Shown one piece after another: positions 63,083-64,000 of a stretch of DNA of 64,000 nt. The notes under the pieces were generated by a model. It had not been told where the DNA came from. It did no database searches and worked only from the letters and a program-made list of their open reading frames with translations. Made by a program: the position numbers and the translations under genes. Source of the stretch: Tubiluchus corallicola (taxonomy: Eukaryota; Animalia; Priapulida); NCBI GenBank assembly GCA_030141605.1, contig JAQGDQ010000278.1, positions 240,208-304,207 of the forward strand, given 5' to 3'. The stretch's first letter is position 1, and every line of letters begins with the position of its first letter.

Positions 63083-63425
63083 AACATTCCAAGCTAATTA
63101 TTCAAATATAAGAACAATTGTTAACTTTTATAGGCAAGAAAATGTATATTTTGGACAGTTATTTAAAATGAGATTGAGTGTAATCGATCGTCCGGTTTTT
63201 CTTTAAATTACTTTCAACAAATGTGGCCAACAAGTGGAAACAAATTGTCAGATGAAAAAAATTATATTGCCGTAATTAAGTAAGCCTAACTTATATGTGG
63301 AATAAGAAGTTATAATTATAAGGCATCAACGTCAACTAATCATAGGGAATTTTGCGCAATGTGCTTATGTTTATTAAAGCGAATAAAGTTTATACGCATT
63401 TTATATAACTGAGCCGCATATGTAA

Positions 63426-63600
63426 TAGACGCGTATTTTTAACAATTATAATATACTATATTTTTAACAAATATATTAAATGCATATTTTTAACAATTAT
63501 AATAAACGTGTATTTTTAACAATTATAATAAACGTGTATTTTTAACAATTATAATAAACGTGTATTTTTAACAATTATAATAAACGTGTATTTTTAACAA
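63426..63600. repeat. 26-bp minisatellite, ~6 copies
   Basis: Unit ataaacgtgtatttttaacaattata; period 26 (63505, 63531, ...). Confidence 0.9.
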
Positions 63601-64000
63601 GTAAAAGGTAAAGTATCGACGTCATTAATTGATAACTTTATAAAATCAAGAAAAACGCATATTCATATAATGTATTGAGAATTCAGCTGACTACAGTTTT
63701 ACAACTCATTGCAATGCATCACAAATACAATGCAATATATTACAATGCAAAAAGCCCCACACAGACAGCAGCAAGAAGGCTAAAAACATAATAAAATAAG
63801 CGATTGTGCTTTAGTTTTCCGAGTTTTTAATAGTGAGTTATTATTTGTTTGTATGTAAAAATTGTAATTAATGATATTTTGTGTTAAAGAAACGTGTTTG
63901 AAAACATGTATGCAAGTGAACGACTTTAAAACAGTTAAACAATACTACTACTACTACTACTATTACTACTACTTCAAGCATCACTAACAGTAAGCAATAC

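Overview
AT-rich genomic DNA from an invertebrate animal, with spliceosomal introns; it is not prokaryotic. I rebuilt five protein-coding genes by hand from GT-AG junctions with consistent phases. (1) The 5' four exons of a UBE2O-like E2/E3 hybrid ubiquitin ligase (minus strand, runs off the left edge). (2) A single-coding-exon EMRE/SMDT1, a mitochondrial calcium uniporter subunit, head-to-head with UBE2O. (3) A 3-exon G-protein alpha-12/13 (concertina-like, minus strand). (4) An 18-exon, 720-aa M3A oligopeptidase A with an intact HEFGH zinc motif and a presequence-like N-terminus, head-to-head with the G-alpha gene. (5) An unrecognised, probably two-exon gene for a secreted prepropeptide-like protein with a signal peptide, basic cleavage sites, three Cys, a TATA box and a polyA signal. 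Introns and intergenic DNA are full of transposon debris: a pogo/Tigger element carrying a nested 5'-truncated LINE, further LINE remnants, Helitron/Helentron-like elements, several MITE families, a decayed BEL/Pao fragment, a tRNA-like cloverleaf and minisatellites. The best leads are the orphan secreted-peptide gene (with a possible retrotransposon-derived cassette exon), a probable EMRE 3'-UTR intron at the NMD distance threshold, and the organellar/bacterial-type oligopeptidase A. No database searches were run, so family calls rest on motif recognition. I found no clearly novel multi-gene system.
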